NCBI GenBank assembly: GCA_951406725.2 | Contig: OX597815.1 | Span: 204,910,001-204,974,000 of the forward strand | Direction: 5' to 3' | Origin: Octopus vulgaris | Lineage: Eukaryota | Length of the DNA stretch: 64,000 nucleotides | Shown here: piece after piece, positions 25,719 to 40,291 of the stretch | Layout: every line of letters begins with the position of its first letter | Numbering within the stretch: position 1 is the first letter of the stretch | Notes under the pieces: generated by a model | Databases searched by the model: none | The model's input: only the letters and a program-made list of their open reading frames with translations | Told to the model about the DNA's origin: nothing | Made by a program: the position numbers and the translations under genes

Positions 25719-25810
25719 AAGTAGTAGTAGTAGTAGTAGTAGCAGCAGTAGTAGTTGTGGTAGTAAAGTAGTAGTAGTAGTAGTAGTAGTAAAGTAGTAG
25801 TAGTAGTTGT
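25455..25810. repeat. (GTA)n microsatellite with recurrent variant units
   Basis: Seen directly; GTAAA and GTGATAGGA interruptions recur. Confidence 0.95.
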
Positions 25811-26189
25811 TGTTGGTGTTGTTATTTAGCTTGAATGGGTTAAAGCATTATCAAAGTACAATTATCGATTTTAAAGTGACCACGTGACTGATCAGACTAA
25901 CAGACGCTGTTAATCATTGCTGGCCTCAATGTACTTTGCATTGTTTTAGCCTTCGGATGGTGCCACCCTTTTGGATAGGTGAGCAGGCAAGCATTCCCTT
26001 CCGATAAAAAGGAGGGACTGGAGCAACGTGAAATGAAGTGTTTTGCTCAACAGCACGACGTGGCGCCCGGTCTGTGAATCGAACCCACAGTCTAGCGATC
26101 ATGAGTGCAACACCCTAACCACTAGGCCATGCGCCTTCACGCTATTTTAAAATATACTTATCAAACCACACAAGTGGGATAAGGAAATA

Positions 26190-26610
26190 TATATTTCTTT
26201 ATTGCCCACAAGGGGCTAAACACAGAGGGGACAAACAAGGACAGACAAAGGGATTAAGTCGGTTAGATCGACCCCAGTGCGTAACTGGTACTTAATTTAT
26301 CGACCCCGAAAGGATGAAAGGCAAAGTCGACTTCGGCGGAATTTGAACTTAGAACGTAACGGCAGACGAAATACCTATTTCTTTACTACCCACAAGGGGC
26401 TAAACACAGAGAGGACAAACAAGGACTAACACACAGATGAGGTCGATTATATCGACCCCAGTGCGTAGCTGATACTTATTTAATCGACCCCGAAAGCATG
26501 AAAGGCAAAGTCGACCTCGGCGGAATTTGAACCCAGAATGTAGCGGCAGTCGAAATAATACTGCTAAGCATTTCGCCCGGCGTGCTAACGTTTCTGCCAG
26601 CTCGCCGCCT
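26190..26610 (-). mobile_element. SINE family A, dimeric body
   Basis: Head at 26610 and two body units. Confidence 0.9.
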
Positions 26611-26848
26611 GGATGAGGAAATATAACGTTAATAACAGACATGTTAAACAAAGAATGGTGAGGAAGGTAAAAAATTTGGGTAAGGAAAATAATAAAGAAT
26701 AAGGGTGAAAAGATAGAATTTCTAGATGTATTGTGTTAGTGCCTCTCACATTATAGAAAGATTTCTCATGGCACCAGCAAACAAAATGGAAAAGGCGATA
26801 CCCCGGAGGATAGCGAGGGAGATGAAGGAAGTCGTCATTTAGTGACAA

Positions 26849-27148
26849 CTAGCAGTATCGCCCGGCGTTGCTCGGGTTTGTAAGGGAAATAACTATATAA
26901 GCATTTTTAGAGAATTACTTCCCTTATATAACCGAGCAAAAATCATTAAAAATGCGGAAAAATGATGGTAAATTTTATTTTAATCGTAGACTCATCGTAG
27001 ACGCGCGCTAATACCCAGAAGGGCTCGATATGAATCACGACTATAAGATACCCGGTTTTGGTTAACCTGCACCGCAAAATGTGGGAGTAGCTAGGAATCT
27101 AAATCGTAGGAGACAGACAGCACACAACCTCACTTTTATATATAAAGA
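26849..27148 (-). mobile_element. Short Helitron family H1 (lacks one internal subrepeat)
   Basis: Same TC/CTAG ends and hairpin; about 100 bp shorter than the copy at 20351-20752. Confidence 0.85.
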
Positions 27149-27939
27149 TGTAAAGGCGGCGAATTGGCAGAACCGTTTGCGCGCCGGACAAAATGCGTAG
27201 TGGAATTTCTTCCGGGTTTTTACGTCCTGAGTTGAAATGTCTCTCAGGTCAGTTATGCCGGTCAATCTTTCGGGATCGATAAGATAAGTACCAGCTGAGC
27301 ACTGGGGTTGACGTAGTCGACTAGCCTCCTCCCGCAACCTCTCAGGCTTTGTGCCTATAGTAAGAAAAAAAAATTTAGTTGCGAGGTCAAGGACATTTGA
27401 GAGGAGCGGTTTATTTTTTATTGTGAAATATGAATAATGATTCCTTTTATAAGTAACTTGCGGCCTACGTGCAATTTTGCAGAAAATTGTAGCAACATTT
27501 CTATCTACAAACACAACGTATGTCCTTTTAATTTCTCAAAGCATTTGTTGTCGTTTCAAAGCAAACATTACGCTTCCTTTAAGATATTGTATTCAATACA
27601 CAGACTATTTTATACAAACCATTTCAGTTCATTTTTTATTGCTGTTTGTGAATGAAATTCGATTGATATTTGTTTGCTTTTCACTTATGTTTCAGTGTTT
27701 TGTATGGGTGAATAGTCGGCGAACAGGCTTATCTCCAAACGACTATTCAGTTAGAATAAAAACTACCTTGATACACGAAGTGTGCATATACATACATACG
27801 TACGAACATACATACATACATACATACATAGTCCATATGTGTGTGTATATAATGTTTGTTTTTATAAGTTTTCAAATGCCCTTCAGCTTAGGCAAGTATT
27901 TCCAACTATAGACCGGCACTGACCAATGATTTATGAGTT

Positions 27940-27944
<5 letters not shown>

Positions 27945-27992
<48 letters not shown>

Positions 27993-29960
27993 TGATGATG
28001 ATTTCTTTATTAACCACAAAGGTTTACATTAAGAAAACATGTACAGCACAGGACAAAACAAAGATTGTGTGTGTATGTGTGTTGTTGTGAGGGTTTTGCT
28101 GTAATCAAGACTAACAATAATTTTTTTTAAAAAGAAAAAGAAACAAAAAAACAAACAAAGGAAAGGAAATCAACAATGTGTAAGCTTCAATAGGGAAGAG
28201 ACGTTCGAGTGCTGCTCATGGAAAAAAAACCCATAAAAAACCATGGGTACCCTCACTTTTGGGGCAGGTGCCTTTTTTCTTTTCCTTACCTTTTTCTAAA
28301 CTACAGGCTTATGCTCAGGGCAGGCCCGTTCACTCGCACCATTTTGCCACTTTTATCCCCCTTTCAGCAAAATGGCTAGAAGACAACACTTCCCTCCCTA
28401 CCCTTATTTTCCTTTTCAAGTGAAACCTGAAGAAGTTGATCAAGGGTTGACCAAAGAGAAAAGTGTTGGTCTTTAGCCCCTTCAATCTCGTCCACCATAC
28501 AACCTTTTTCACCATGGCCACCAGGCATATAAACACAGCCTTTCCTTCCCGGTTAAAGGAAGGCGGCAGGGGCGAACTTCACGATGGATTCAGTTGCTAG
28601 CAGGATCCGTCCCACACGCGACAGCAGGTGTTTCACATAAACCCACAGGTCAGCAATGTTCGGGCATTGGACAGGTGCGTGTAGGACCGTTTCGTCGTCC
28701 TGCTCGCATTTCGGACATGTTCGGCTGACGACACTTCCGAGCCTGTAAAGTTTATCTCGAACAGACAAGGCTCCCCGGTAGCACTGCCAGGCCAGAGATT
28801 TTTGGAAACTATCCATCGGTCCTGGCCGGAATGTTCTCGGAAAAAGAGCGGTTATTTGATCTTCTTCGACACCCAAGGTCTCCCCATGAACATTGTCGTA
28901 CTTTTCCTTCTCTAATTCTCTATAAAAGGCTAAAATGGATGTTCCACCTATTGCAGTGTTCGATTGGCTGAGGGCTGTGAGCACTTGAAGACATTCCACT
29001 TTCCAAATGCTCCCCTTCGGTCTCTGTTTTGCCCGGGACTCCAGCTCCGTTAAAGAATCTAGCGGCGGAAATACGTATCTGGCGAACGGCGACCACAACT
29101 GTTCACCGTGAAGCTCTGGAGATGTCATACTCTCAGAGTCATGTCTGCGTATCATCTACCACGGCATTCCCAGGCCACCACTTAGCGAGTGCTGACAGCA
29201 GATAGACCGCCGACCATCGGGACGCGTCTCTTCTACAAGAAGCGGAAGAGTATACGCTCCAGCATAATCAGACGGTGGTCAGGACAAGATACTAAGATCA
29301 AACGACAGTAGATGACGGACACGATATACGCCTTATCCACCTTTCTGCCCGACCTTTCAGGGATAGCTTTCTCTCGGCCTATTTCTGGGTGAGAGTAGTC
29401 GCCAGGTATAGATGGTGGACCCTATCGAAAGCTTTAGACTAGTCTAAATTGATCGAGGCCCCACCCGTGCCAGGTTCTTTAGTCACTTTCTCAATGATGT
29501 ATCACATGAGGTGGAGTTTGTTGTGGATAGATCTTTTCGGGGTGTCACATGTCTGTGCTTTCCCTTTCAGATCTCCGACGACGTAGCTGACACCTGGGCC
29601 TAAAGTTGTCAGTACAATCCTCCTTCTTCAGATCTTTTCTCAACAACGCCACCGCTCCTCGGTTCTCAAAATTTTCCTATTCTTTTTCTAGTTGCAGTAA
29701 ACGCTTGCTAAGAAGTCACCCAAGAATTCTGGCATGTAAGCGCAAAGGTCGTTGGGCAGACCATCCAAACCAAGCGATTTACCCCTCGTGCAGCTAGCCA
29801 TTGCTTCCCATATTCCAAAAGCTGTTATCGGCCTTTCGCAGCCATCCGCCTCCATCGCCGAGAGCCGCGACAGTCCACCGTGAGCCGAGGCAGTCCGTCG
29901 AAGTAAGACGTGAAATCCATCCTGCAACCCGGCTTACCGCTGCGAGGCTGCACACATCTG
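27945..29960 (-). mobile_element. Degenerate L1/Tx1-clade LINE ORF2 3' part with UTR and tail
   Basis: Remnants 'GKSLGLDGLP', 'INLD*SKAFDRVHH' and the zinc-knuckle region 'WQCYRGALSVRDKL...CPKCEQDDETVLHAPVQCP'. AATAAA followed by an (ATC)/(ATT)n tail at ~28010-27945. Confidence 0.85.
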
Positions 29961-30754
29961 TATCGGATCAGTTATCATTTGCCCATCGTGAAATTTTGAA
30001 AATGCGATTTTTGGAAAAATCTTTTTTTCGGAATCGGATCCTCCATAACCAAAAACGTGGGATTCCGTTAAAAAAAAATCAATATATAACCATTTTACCG
30101 GAAGTTATGGCGAAAAAATCGAATCGTGTGAATTTTCCGCGTTTTTATTTTTCATATTCGTTTTCCACACACTTGTTAACATCCACCAGGCTGGTTTATT
30201 ATTATTTTTTTTTGTTCCCGAGTGAAGGTCTTTATATTGACCCATTTTACCACGGGGTCTTAGAATTAACTGCAGGATGTGTTGATGAGTCGGAGAAAAT
30301 TATTAAACCCTGGATAAAGGACATACGTGTTTCAGCAAGACAGCAGTTTCTCATAAAGCTCGCGTAACCCAAAACATTAATATCAAATTCACAATCCGCT
30401 CGTCGGATTTTCGTTTCCATCTTGCGCACTACACGTCTGTACTCTAGGCGTAACAGCAGAGAACTGACGCGACCTATCGGCGCGAAAATTTTCACGCAGG
30501 CCCAGAAAGAGGGACATCACTTCTCACTTAAAGGATTTTTTCCCCGCAGCAATAGTTTTGGCTGGAAAAAATGAAGCCGGACACCTTTTGAATGCACCAT
30601 GTATATCCACGCACACAAAGATACACATATACATCGCCAGAGGGTAGGCGAGATACTAACCCTTTTTATTACCATTTTAGAGCAGCCAGCCAATCATTTT
30701 GCTTTAATGTATTATCTACATCACCATCTAATCAATATATATATATATATACTA

Positions 30755-31245
<491 letters not shown>

Positions 31246-31734
31246 TATATATATATATTCATTAAATATATATATATAATATATATGATATAAATATATA
31301 TGATATATAAATATATTATTTATTTATATTATTCAAGTGCGTAGGACTTCCGTTTGAGATTAACCGAGATTTGTCCAGCTGAACCGGATCTTGAATTCAG
31401 CAGCGGAAATGTTTCTAGGCTCCGGCTAAGTAACCCCCAAGATTTGCCATCTGTCGTAGGGAAGGTCAACGTTTAAGAGACTTATTCTTACCGAAGGGCT
31501 TTAGAATCGTTTCGAAATATAAACAATAACTTTTTCTCATTTTTCCTTTTCTGTTTTATTTCTTTCTTCTGTATTTTGTTTGTTAATCAGGTGATTAATC
31601 GGGTTTTCTCTTCGGTTTTTCTTCCTATGTATAAGTTTATTATCCATTTACAGAAGAATTATTTTCTTGACTGCAACTGCATAGCGACCAACGTCATATC
31701 TTCATCCTCTGTTCGTCGTCAGGTCACCGTCAGA

Positions 31735-32334
31735 TTTATTTCTTTATTACTCACAGGCGGATAAACGTAGAGGAGACAAACAAGGACAGACAAAGGGATT
31801 AAATCGATTACATCGACTCCAGTGCGAAACTGGTACTTATTTAATCGACCCCGAAAGGATGAAAGGCAAAGTCGACCTCGACGGAATTTGAACTGAGAAC
31901 GTAACGGCAGACGAAATTCTTATTTCTTTACTACCCATAAGGAGCTAAACACGGAGAAGACAAACAAGGACAGACAAACAGATTAAGTCGATTATATCGA
32001 CCCCAGTGCGTAACTGGTACTTATTTAATCGACCCCGAAAGGATGAAAGGCAAAGTTGACCTTGGCAGAATTTGAACTCAGAACGTAGCGGCAGACGAAA
32101 TACCTATTTCTTTATTACCCACAAGGAGCTAAACACAGAGGGGACAAACAAGGACAGACAACCGGATTAAGTCGATTACATCGACTCCAGTGCGTAACTG
32201 GTACTTAATTTATCGACCCCGAAAGGATGAAAGGCAAAGTCGACCTCGGCGGAATTTGAACTCAGAACGTAGCGGCAGACGAATTACTGCTAAGCATTTT
32301 GCCCCGCGTACTAACGATTCTGCCAGCTCGCCGC

Positions 32335-32335
<1 letters not shown>
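31735..32335 (-). mobile_element. SINE family A with three tandem body units
   Basis: One head (~32335) followed by three ~180-bp TATTTCTTTA...GCAGACGAA units. Confidence 0.85.
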
Positions 32336-32373
<38 letters not shown>

Positions 32374-33921
32374 ACTCATCATTTGTCACTGTCGCTATTA
32401 TTGTAATCATCATTCATTTATTATCATCTTTGTTATCACCATTGTCATCAACATCAACATAGTCAACGGTCGAAGCCACTGTCGTCTTAACTGTTATATC
32501 TTTTGATACCGAGTTAACGATGGAGGAACCCCAAGTAGTCGTTAGACCCGCTAGAAATAGCAAACACGTGTATGTGTGTGCACGTACTTGTGTTCGTGGA
32601 TAGAAGTCGACTCAAATAACGAGTACGATAATTGCTTGTTTTTTCAATTCAATTCAATTTTATTGGCTCAAAAAGCAAAAGCAAGGCCATGTAGGGGAAC
32701 AGGAAGTTATGTACAAGGAGAGTGGTCATACAAAGAGTTCAGGCCATTTCTGGTCAAGAAAGACTTTCAACCGAGCGGTCGTCGGCATCTTCACTATCTC
32801 GTCCGGCAGGAGAAAGCTCCTCTCCTTCGATTGAGATGAAATCGTCGTAGATAGAGCTTTTCGGAGTGACCCCGCAGCCGACGCTCTGGAGCAGCAGTGA
32901 AGAACAGCTCTTTTGAGAGGTTACACTTTCCGCTTATGATGTTGTGAGCGAGAATGAGATCACGGCGTCGTCGTTTTTCGAGTTAATAGGTCACAAACCA
33001 AGAATGATTATTTTTATCCCAGCTAATTATTAGCCGTGTATACCTCAATTATTACATATTTCTTTTTAATTAAGCCTAACCCAGAATCGTGCAGATATCT
33101 GTCCCTTCAGACAACCAATAAAAAAAGTGTTTCTGACATGATTAGTGAACTCATTTCTGACTGTTAGTGTGCAATTATTAGCCTCCTTTGTTTCGTGTAA
33201 ACCTTAATTGGCTTACAAGATCAGCCTTAGAAAAGCAAACTCGGTCAGTTAAGCATTCGAAAGATTACTGATATTGATGGTGTTTGCGTTCTAGAGGGGG
33301 GTTCTGTGCGGGGGTGGGGTTGCTTTTGCGTCTCGAATCAATTATCAGTTTTTAATGACATTCTCTTCAAATGCTTGGACACATTGAGCATGTTTTTTTC
33401 TTATTTTTTTTTTAATGTTCCTTTTTTCCTTCCCTGATGCTGTCAAATGTATTTGGTTCCATCTGACCTTTTCTTCATATTAGAATGAACATATTTGCGT
33501 GCGCGTGTATATATATATATATATATATATATTAATAAATAAAACATATGCATATATATATACATATATGTACGTACCTACCTCTACATGTATATATACA
33601 TGCATATATGGGTACAGGACACCAAAAAAACGTCGAACACAATGAGAAACGAAAACATAAACACAAAAACAAGGAAATGGACATTTTTTTAAACAACGAA
33701 AAAATAGAATACAGGACAATTAACACAAGGAAAATGCCCCTTCTTCAGTCGCCTTAGATTCATCTACTCCACGTTTCGAAGGTCGTGTGTATGTATATAT
33801 GTACACACGTGCACACAAAGAGTATATCTTGTGTATACAAATACAAACAACTGTCACTGTTGTGTTTAGAGCTCCACGTAGATTCCTACGTTCCAGTCTG
33901 CTTCTGGACATATAAACGTAG

Positions 33922-33979
<58 letters not shown>

Positions 33980-34742
33980 GCGTGTGTGTGTGTGTGTTAT
34001 CTTCACTAGTTTCCGCTATTGGAATACAGTTACACGGGAGCATCGCTTCAAAGGGTTTTTTCCCCTTTTTATAGTCAATTATATCTGCCCTAGAAATAAT
34101 ATTTGACTTCCCTGATAATCAAAATGCTTTTTCCTTGTCCTCCATTTTAAATGACATGACATTTACACAGACGACGTTTTTACAAGACTTGTCAACGTTA
34201 AGACATACCAAGAAACGCATACAAACACACACACACACACATGTATATATATATACATACATCCAAACACACACGCGCATATTGTGAAGGCGCGTGGCTT
34301 AGCGGTTAAGGGTGTTTGACTCCTGATTGTAAGATTGTTGTTTCGATTCCTGGGCCGGGTGACGCGTTATATTCTTGAGCAAAACACTGCATTTCATGTT
34401 GTTCCAGTCCACTCAGCTGGCAAAAATGAGTAACCTGGCGACGGGCCGGCGCCCCGTCCATATAGGGAATATATACACCATAAAACCGGCAAACCGTCCC
34501 TTGTCAGTTGCGGAGGTAACATTCGCTTTACTTTTTTTACACACGCATATACTTTTCTTTTAGTCTTTTTCTTGTTTCAGTCATTAGACTTTGGCCATGC
34601 TGGAGTGTCGCCTTGACGGCTTTAGTCGAACAAATCGACCCCAGTATTACTCATTTTTTTTAAAGCCAGATAATTAATTCTATCTTTTTGGCGAAGCACC
34701 AAGTTATGGAGACGTAAACAAACCAAGTGGTTGTCAAGTGGT

Positions 34743-35045
34743 TGTTTGTTCCTTCTCGAGCCACGCTTGGCTCATTAGGACCGGTTCTCCGGTTTCCTTG
34801 GCGTACAGGTTCCCCACCTGGACGGGACGCCGGTCCGTCGCAGGTAAGCTGCAAGATGCCGGAGGAAAGAGTGAGAGAAAGTTGTGGCGAACGAGTCTGC
34901 AGAAGTTCGCCATTACCTTCAGCCGGAGCTGCGTGGAGCTTAGGTGTTTCGTTCATAAACACACACATTGCCCGGTCTAAGATTCGAACCCGCGATCCCT
35001 CGACCTCGAGTTCGCTGCTCTAACCACTAGGCCATGTGCCTCCAC
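34743..35045 (-). mobile_element. tRNA-derived SINE (family D) nested in an old family C copy (34560-35270)
   Basis: Head GTGGAGGCACATGGCCTAGTGGTTAGAGC...GGTTCGAATC. TSD TTGTCAAGTGGT at 34731-34742 and 35046-35057. Confidence 0.85.
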
Positions 35046-35379
35046 TTGTCAAGTGGTGGTAGGGGATAAACACAAGCACAAAAACGCACGCACACACGCA
35101 CGGACACTCACACACACACACACACATATGCGACAGGCTTCTTCCAGTTTCCGTCTGTCAAATCCACTCACAAAGCTTAGGCTGGCCCAGAGCTATTGCA
35201 GAAGACATTTACCCTGAGTGTTACGTAGCGAAACTAAATCTAGAACCAAGCTTCTTACCACACAGCCACGCACATACACACGCACACACACACATACACA
35301 CACGCGCCCACACACATACACACACATACACACGCACGCACACACACATACATAAATACACACAAACAAATACAATGTC

Positions 35380-35930
35380 AGGATTTCCTCGTCGACGCCT
35401 AGATTCTGCCCGAGAACGTCGTCATATCTCTCCTCCACTAATCCTCTATAGAATACCTTTGGGGAATTGAAGTTGCACAAGTTTGGTCCCGGACAGCAGA
35501 ATTGCTTGAGAGCAAGGTGACACTCGTGGTGCCATTCGCCTAGCCTCGGTCTCTATTTGATCCACGACTGCAGTTTGGCCAACGAGACGAACTGCGGGAA
35601 AGCGCGCCGCACAAGCAGCGTCCACACCTGTTCACCGTCGACGATGAAGCGCCGGATATGTCTCAGTCTCAGCGCATGTCTGCGCATCATCAACCACAGC
35701 ATGCCTAGCCCTCCATTTAGCGAATGTTGACAGCAAATGGATCGCCTAACCATCGGAACGCTTCCCTTCCACAAAAAGCGGAAGAGTATGCGTTCCAGTT
35801 TGGTGATGGTAGGGTCGGGACAAGGCACGACGGTCAAACGGTAATTGGTGACGGATGCGATGTACGCGTTCGCCACCTCCGCCCGACCTTTTAGGGGTAG
35901 CTTCCTCTCGGCCCATTGCTGGGTGAGAGT
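35380..35930 (-). mobile_element. L1/Tx1-clade LINE ORF2 fragment (same family as 28-30 kb)
   Basis: 'WAERKLPLKGRAEVAN...LFRFLWKG...NGGLG' are L1-type post-RT motifs; homologous to ~28850-29400. Confidence 0.85.
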
Positions 35931-36020
<90 letters not shown>

Positions 36021-36040
36021 ATTGATCAAGTGATATAAAC

Positions 36041-36083
36041 GCCTCTGATGAGAACCGAATAAGGGTCAAAACTCAGTTAAGGC
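36041..36083 (+). ncRNA. Degenerate hammerhead motif
   Basis: GCCT-CTGATGA-GAACC..GGGTC-AAAA-CTCAG-TTA-AGGC. GAAA reads AAAA, so it is probably inactive. Confidence 0.5.
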
Positions 36084-37053
36084 TGTTCATAATTTTTAGC
36101 AGTTTACGGAGAAATAAGTAAATTTGACGTGTACTTTTTGTGTTTGTTACGTTGATTTACATATACGATATCATACCTATTTCTTTACTGCCCACAAGGG
36201 GCTACACACAGAAGGGACAAACAAGGACTGACAGACGGATTAAGTCGATTGCATCGACCCCAGTGCGTAACTGGTACTTAATTTATCGACCCTGAAAGGA
36301 TGAAAGTCAAAGTTGACCTCGGCGGAATTTGAACTCAGAACGTAACGGCAGGCGAAATACGGCTACGCATTTCGCCCGGCGTGCTAACGTTTCTGCCATA
36401 CCTTGATACTGTACTGACTGGCTTTCCCTGATGTTTAATAAAGTGTTAAATACTCATAGTGTACAAATTAGTATAATACGTTCCATTCTTTTTTTTCATA
36501 ACTACTTAGATTTGATGGGTTTATAAACGGATTACCTACTTGCTTCACTGAGACTTGGTCAAGTGATGTGGACACTAACGAAACCCTTTAAAAAAAAGGG
36601 TTGAAAATCGATGAAGGCTATTTAACATTGTTTTTTGTTTGTTTGTCTTTTTCAATCTACGAAGAACTAGGCAAATCATGTTTGTATGTCTGCTATGTAG
36701 GTTTAGGTGCTACATTAACCTTTTTCATCGCCTTACACCCTGAGACTCTCCAGGGTATTACCGTGAACCCTATAATAAATTTTATAATGATGAACTTTGC
36801 GTAATGGTAAGATAAAACAAATGCAATAGCTCAAAACCATGAAATAAATTACTTGCTCCAAAACCCTCCGTGAGCCCCACGAGAAATCTCAAATGCCACC
36901 CCACCCCCCAGGGGTCATAAAACCGAATGTTAAGAACCGCTGATATAGAGAAAAGGTAATGAATAAATAGATATCTGATGGACCCGATTAGATCAAGAAT
37001 CCGAAATTCTACTTTTCCTCTCACTGCCACGTTCGTGTATGCCTATAGTACAG

Positions 37054-37470
37054 GGCGGCGAGCTGGTAGAAACGTTAGCACACCGGGCGAAATGCTCAGC
37101 GATATTTCGTCTGCCGTTACGTTCTGGGTTCAAATTCCGCAGAGGTCGCCTTTGACTTTCATCCTTTCGGGGTCGATAAATTAAGTACCAGTTACGCACT
37201 GGGGTCGATGTAATCGACTTAATCCGTTTGTCTGTCCTTGTTTGTCCCCTCTGTGTTTGGCCCCTTGTGGGTAGTAAAGAAATAGGTATTTCGTCTGCCA
37301 TTACGTTCTGGGTTCAAATTCCGCCGAGGTCGACTTTGCCTTTCATCCTTTCGGAGTCGATAAATAAAGTACCAGTTACGCACTGGGGTCGATGTAATCG
37401 AATTAATACCTATGTCTGTCCTTGTTTGTCCCCTTTGTATGTAGCCCCTTGTGGGCAGTAAAGAAATATA
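37054..37470 (+). mobile_element. SINE family A, dimeric body
   Basis: Head plus two body units; TATAGTACA on both flanks. Confidence 0.9.
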
Positions 37471-37879
37471 TAGTACATTACCTGCAAACAGGACACATTT
37501 GTTTTACGCACCTCACTACAAAGATATGTCAAGTTATATATAATTGAACTAAACCGGCACTCCGTCGGTTACGACGATGGGGGATCCATTTGATCCGATC
37601 AACGGAACAACCTCCTCGTGAAATTAACCTGCATGTGGCTGAGCACTCCACAGATGCGTGTACCCTTAACGTAGTTCTCAAGGAGATTCAGAATGTGACA
37701 CGGCTGGCCCTTTGAAATACAGATACTAGTCATTTTTGCCAGCTGAGTGGACCGGAGCAACGTGAAATAAAGTGTCTTGCTCAAGGAGACAACGCGACGC
37801 CGGGAAATATACAATTGAATTCGTGTAGTAAATGGGGAAGGAGAGAATTGCAATTGCTGTGTCCGGACGTTTCCTTGCA

Positions 37880-38520
37880 CAATACATACATACATACATA
37901 CATAATACATACATACATACATACATACATGCATACATACATACATACATACATACATACATACATACATACATACATACATACACACATACATACACAC
38001 ATACATACATGCATGCATGCATGCATACATACATACATACATACATACATACATACACACATACATACATACATACTACATGCATACAAACATACATACA
38101 TACATACATGCGTACATACATACATACATACATACATGCATGCATGCATACATACATACATACATACATACATATACATACATACATACATACATACATG
38201 CGTACATACATACATACATACATACATGCATACATACATACATACATACATGCATGCATACATACATACATACATACATACATGCGTACATACATACATA
38301 CATACATACATACATCATACATACATACATACATACATGCATACATACATACATACATACATACATACATACATACATACATACATACATACATACATAC
38401 ATGCGTACATACATACATACATACATACATACATACATACATTCATACATACATACATACATACATACATACATACATACATACATACATACATACATTA
38501 CATGCGTACATACATACATT
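37880..38520. repeat. (TACA)n microsatellite, ~640 bp
   Basis: Seen directly; explains the MYVC/HTYI ORFs. Confidence 0.98.
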
Positions 38521-39369
38521 GAGACATCTCGATAAGCAAGCAAAAACTTCTGGTAACGTAAATTAAATCATATCATAGTGATTTCAAGATTCAGTATGGA
38601 TTAACAAGCTTAATCACTCCAAATGATGGTGAAGGTTATAATATTGATCATATATCATATCAATGCCAACAGCGACCTAGAAGCAGGCAGCATCCACTCA
38701 CCGCACAATTCTTAGGTCAAGTGCAATTGATTTTGAAGTTCAAATCACGGTGAACGAACAAATGACTGCAAACGTATCTTTAAGTACCTAATGAATGATT
38801 TGAAATGGCAGAGTGGAACAAATGTGAAATATGGCCTTAAAAGAGAAAATATTTGATAAAAATTTAATCTTTAATTTTTCCCTTGTTTCAGTCATAAGAC
38901 TGCGGCCATGCTGGGGCACCGCCATGAAGAATGAATTGACCACAGTACGTTTTTTTTTGTTCTTAAGCCTGGTACTTATTCTATCGATCTCTTTTGCCGA
39001 ACCGCTGAGTTACGGGCACGTAAACATGCCAACACCGGTTGTGAAGCAGTGGCGAGGAGGACAAACACTGGCATAAAGACACACACACGTAGACATAAAA
39101 ACACACGACGGGCTTCTTTCAGTTTCCGTCAACCAAATCCACTCACAAGGCTTTGGTCGCCCGAGGCTATAGTAAAAAAAAAAATACTTGCCCAAGATCC
39201 TGCGCAGTAGGACTGAACTCAAAACCATGTGGTTGGGAAGCAAGCTTCACTTTTCCCGGACCAAATATATCTAATCATGCAGCAGGAAACCACCTTAAAG
39301 GAATCCAGCCAAACATTGTACAAACAATCTGTTGAGACCCTAATCTTTCTGACGTACAGTATCAAGTTG

Positions 39370-39755
39370 TGGAGGCGCAATGGCCCAGTGGTTAGGGCAG
39401 CGGACTCGCGGTCACAGGATCGCGGTTTCGATTCCCAGACCGGGCGTTGTGAGTGTTTATTGAGCGAAAACACCTAAAAGCTCCACGAGTCTCCGGCAGG
39501 GGATGGTGGCGATCCCCGCTGTACTCTTTCACCACAACTTTCTCTCACTCTTACTTCCTGTTTCTGTTGTACCTGTATTTCAAAAGGGCCGGCCTTGTCA
39601 CTCTCTGTGTCACGCTGAATATCCCCGAGAACTACGTTAAGGGTACACGTGTCTGTGCAGTGCTCATCCACTTACACGTTAATTTCACGAGCAGGCTGTT
39701 CCGTTGATTCGGAACAACCGGAACCCTCATCGTCGTAACCGACGGAGTGCTTCCA
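39370..39755 (+). mobile_element. SINE family B with TSD
   Basis: Full body; ATCAAGTTGT on both flanks. Confidence 0.9.
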
Positions 39756-40291
39756 ATCAAGTTGTATATCTCGAATCAGAGCGAGTTCGTAACTTGAGAG
39801 AAAGAAAGAAAACAGCTCGTTATTACGAAAAGACATTTTGAAGATTTTCGTTGTTATGAAGTGTAACATAATACGCTCACAAAATACCAGAAGCAAATAA
39901 AAGAAAAATTAGAAGAGCAGAGAGGGCAAACGAAATTAGAAGCTCTAATTTATGGAATACATAAGCTAAAACAAAAGATTCACAGTCACGACTGAAAATC
40001 TAAAATATAAACTAACAAATGATAAACAGAAAATGCTGAGTCGACTGTTTGTCAAAGATCATAAATCACTCTGTTGTAGGTTCAACGTAATCAACGAAAT
40101 TACTGTAAAAACAATCCCACAAGGACACGAAAGCTTATGGAAGTATATTATATGAAGAAATGTTAGGTTTAACGAGAATGACAAATGGAAAAGCTAGAGA
40201 ACGCATGCTGGGCAAAGACAATATATAATAAATGGTAAAATACTGGGGAAAAATTCTTAAGTGAGGTAAATAACTGGAAATTGAACAAGGT

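Noticed and set aside
29960-30603. Possible Tc1/mariner-type non-autonomous element ending GCACCATG|TA
   Set aside because: Only one plausible terminus is visible and there is no transposase motif, so boundaries cannot be supported.
33730-33785. Minus-strand CGAAACGT and CTGAAGAAG motifs resembling hammerhead halves
   Set aside because: Truncated by microsatellite; I could not build consistent stems.
37599-38566. Long MYVC/HTYI ORFs (also 60.8-61.5 kb, 2.8-3.2 kb and 15.8-16.2 kb)
   Set aside because: Translations of (TACA)n and (TG)n microsatellites.
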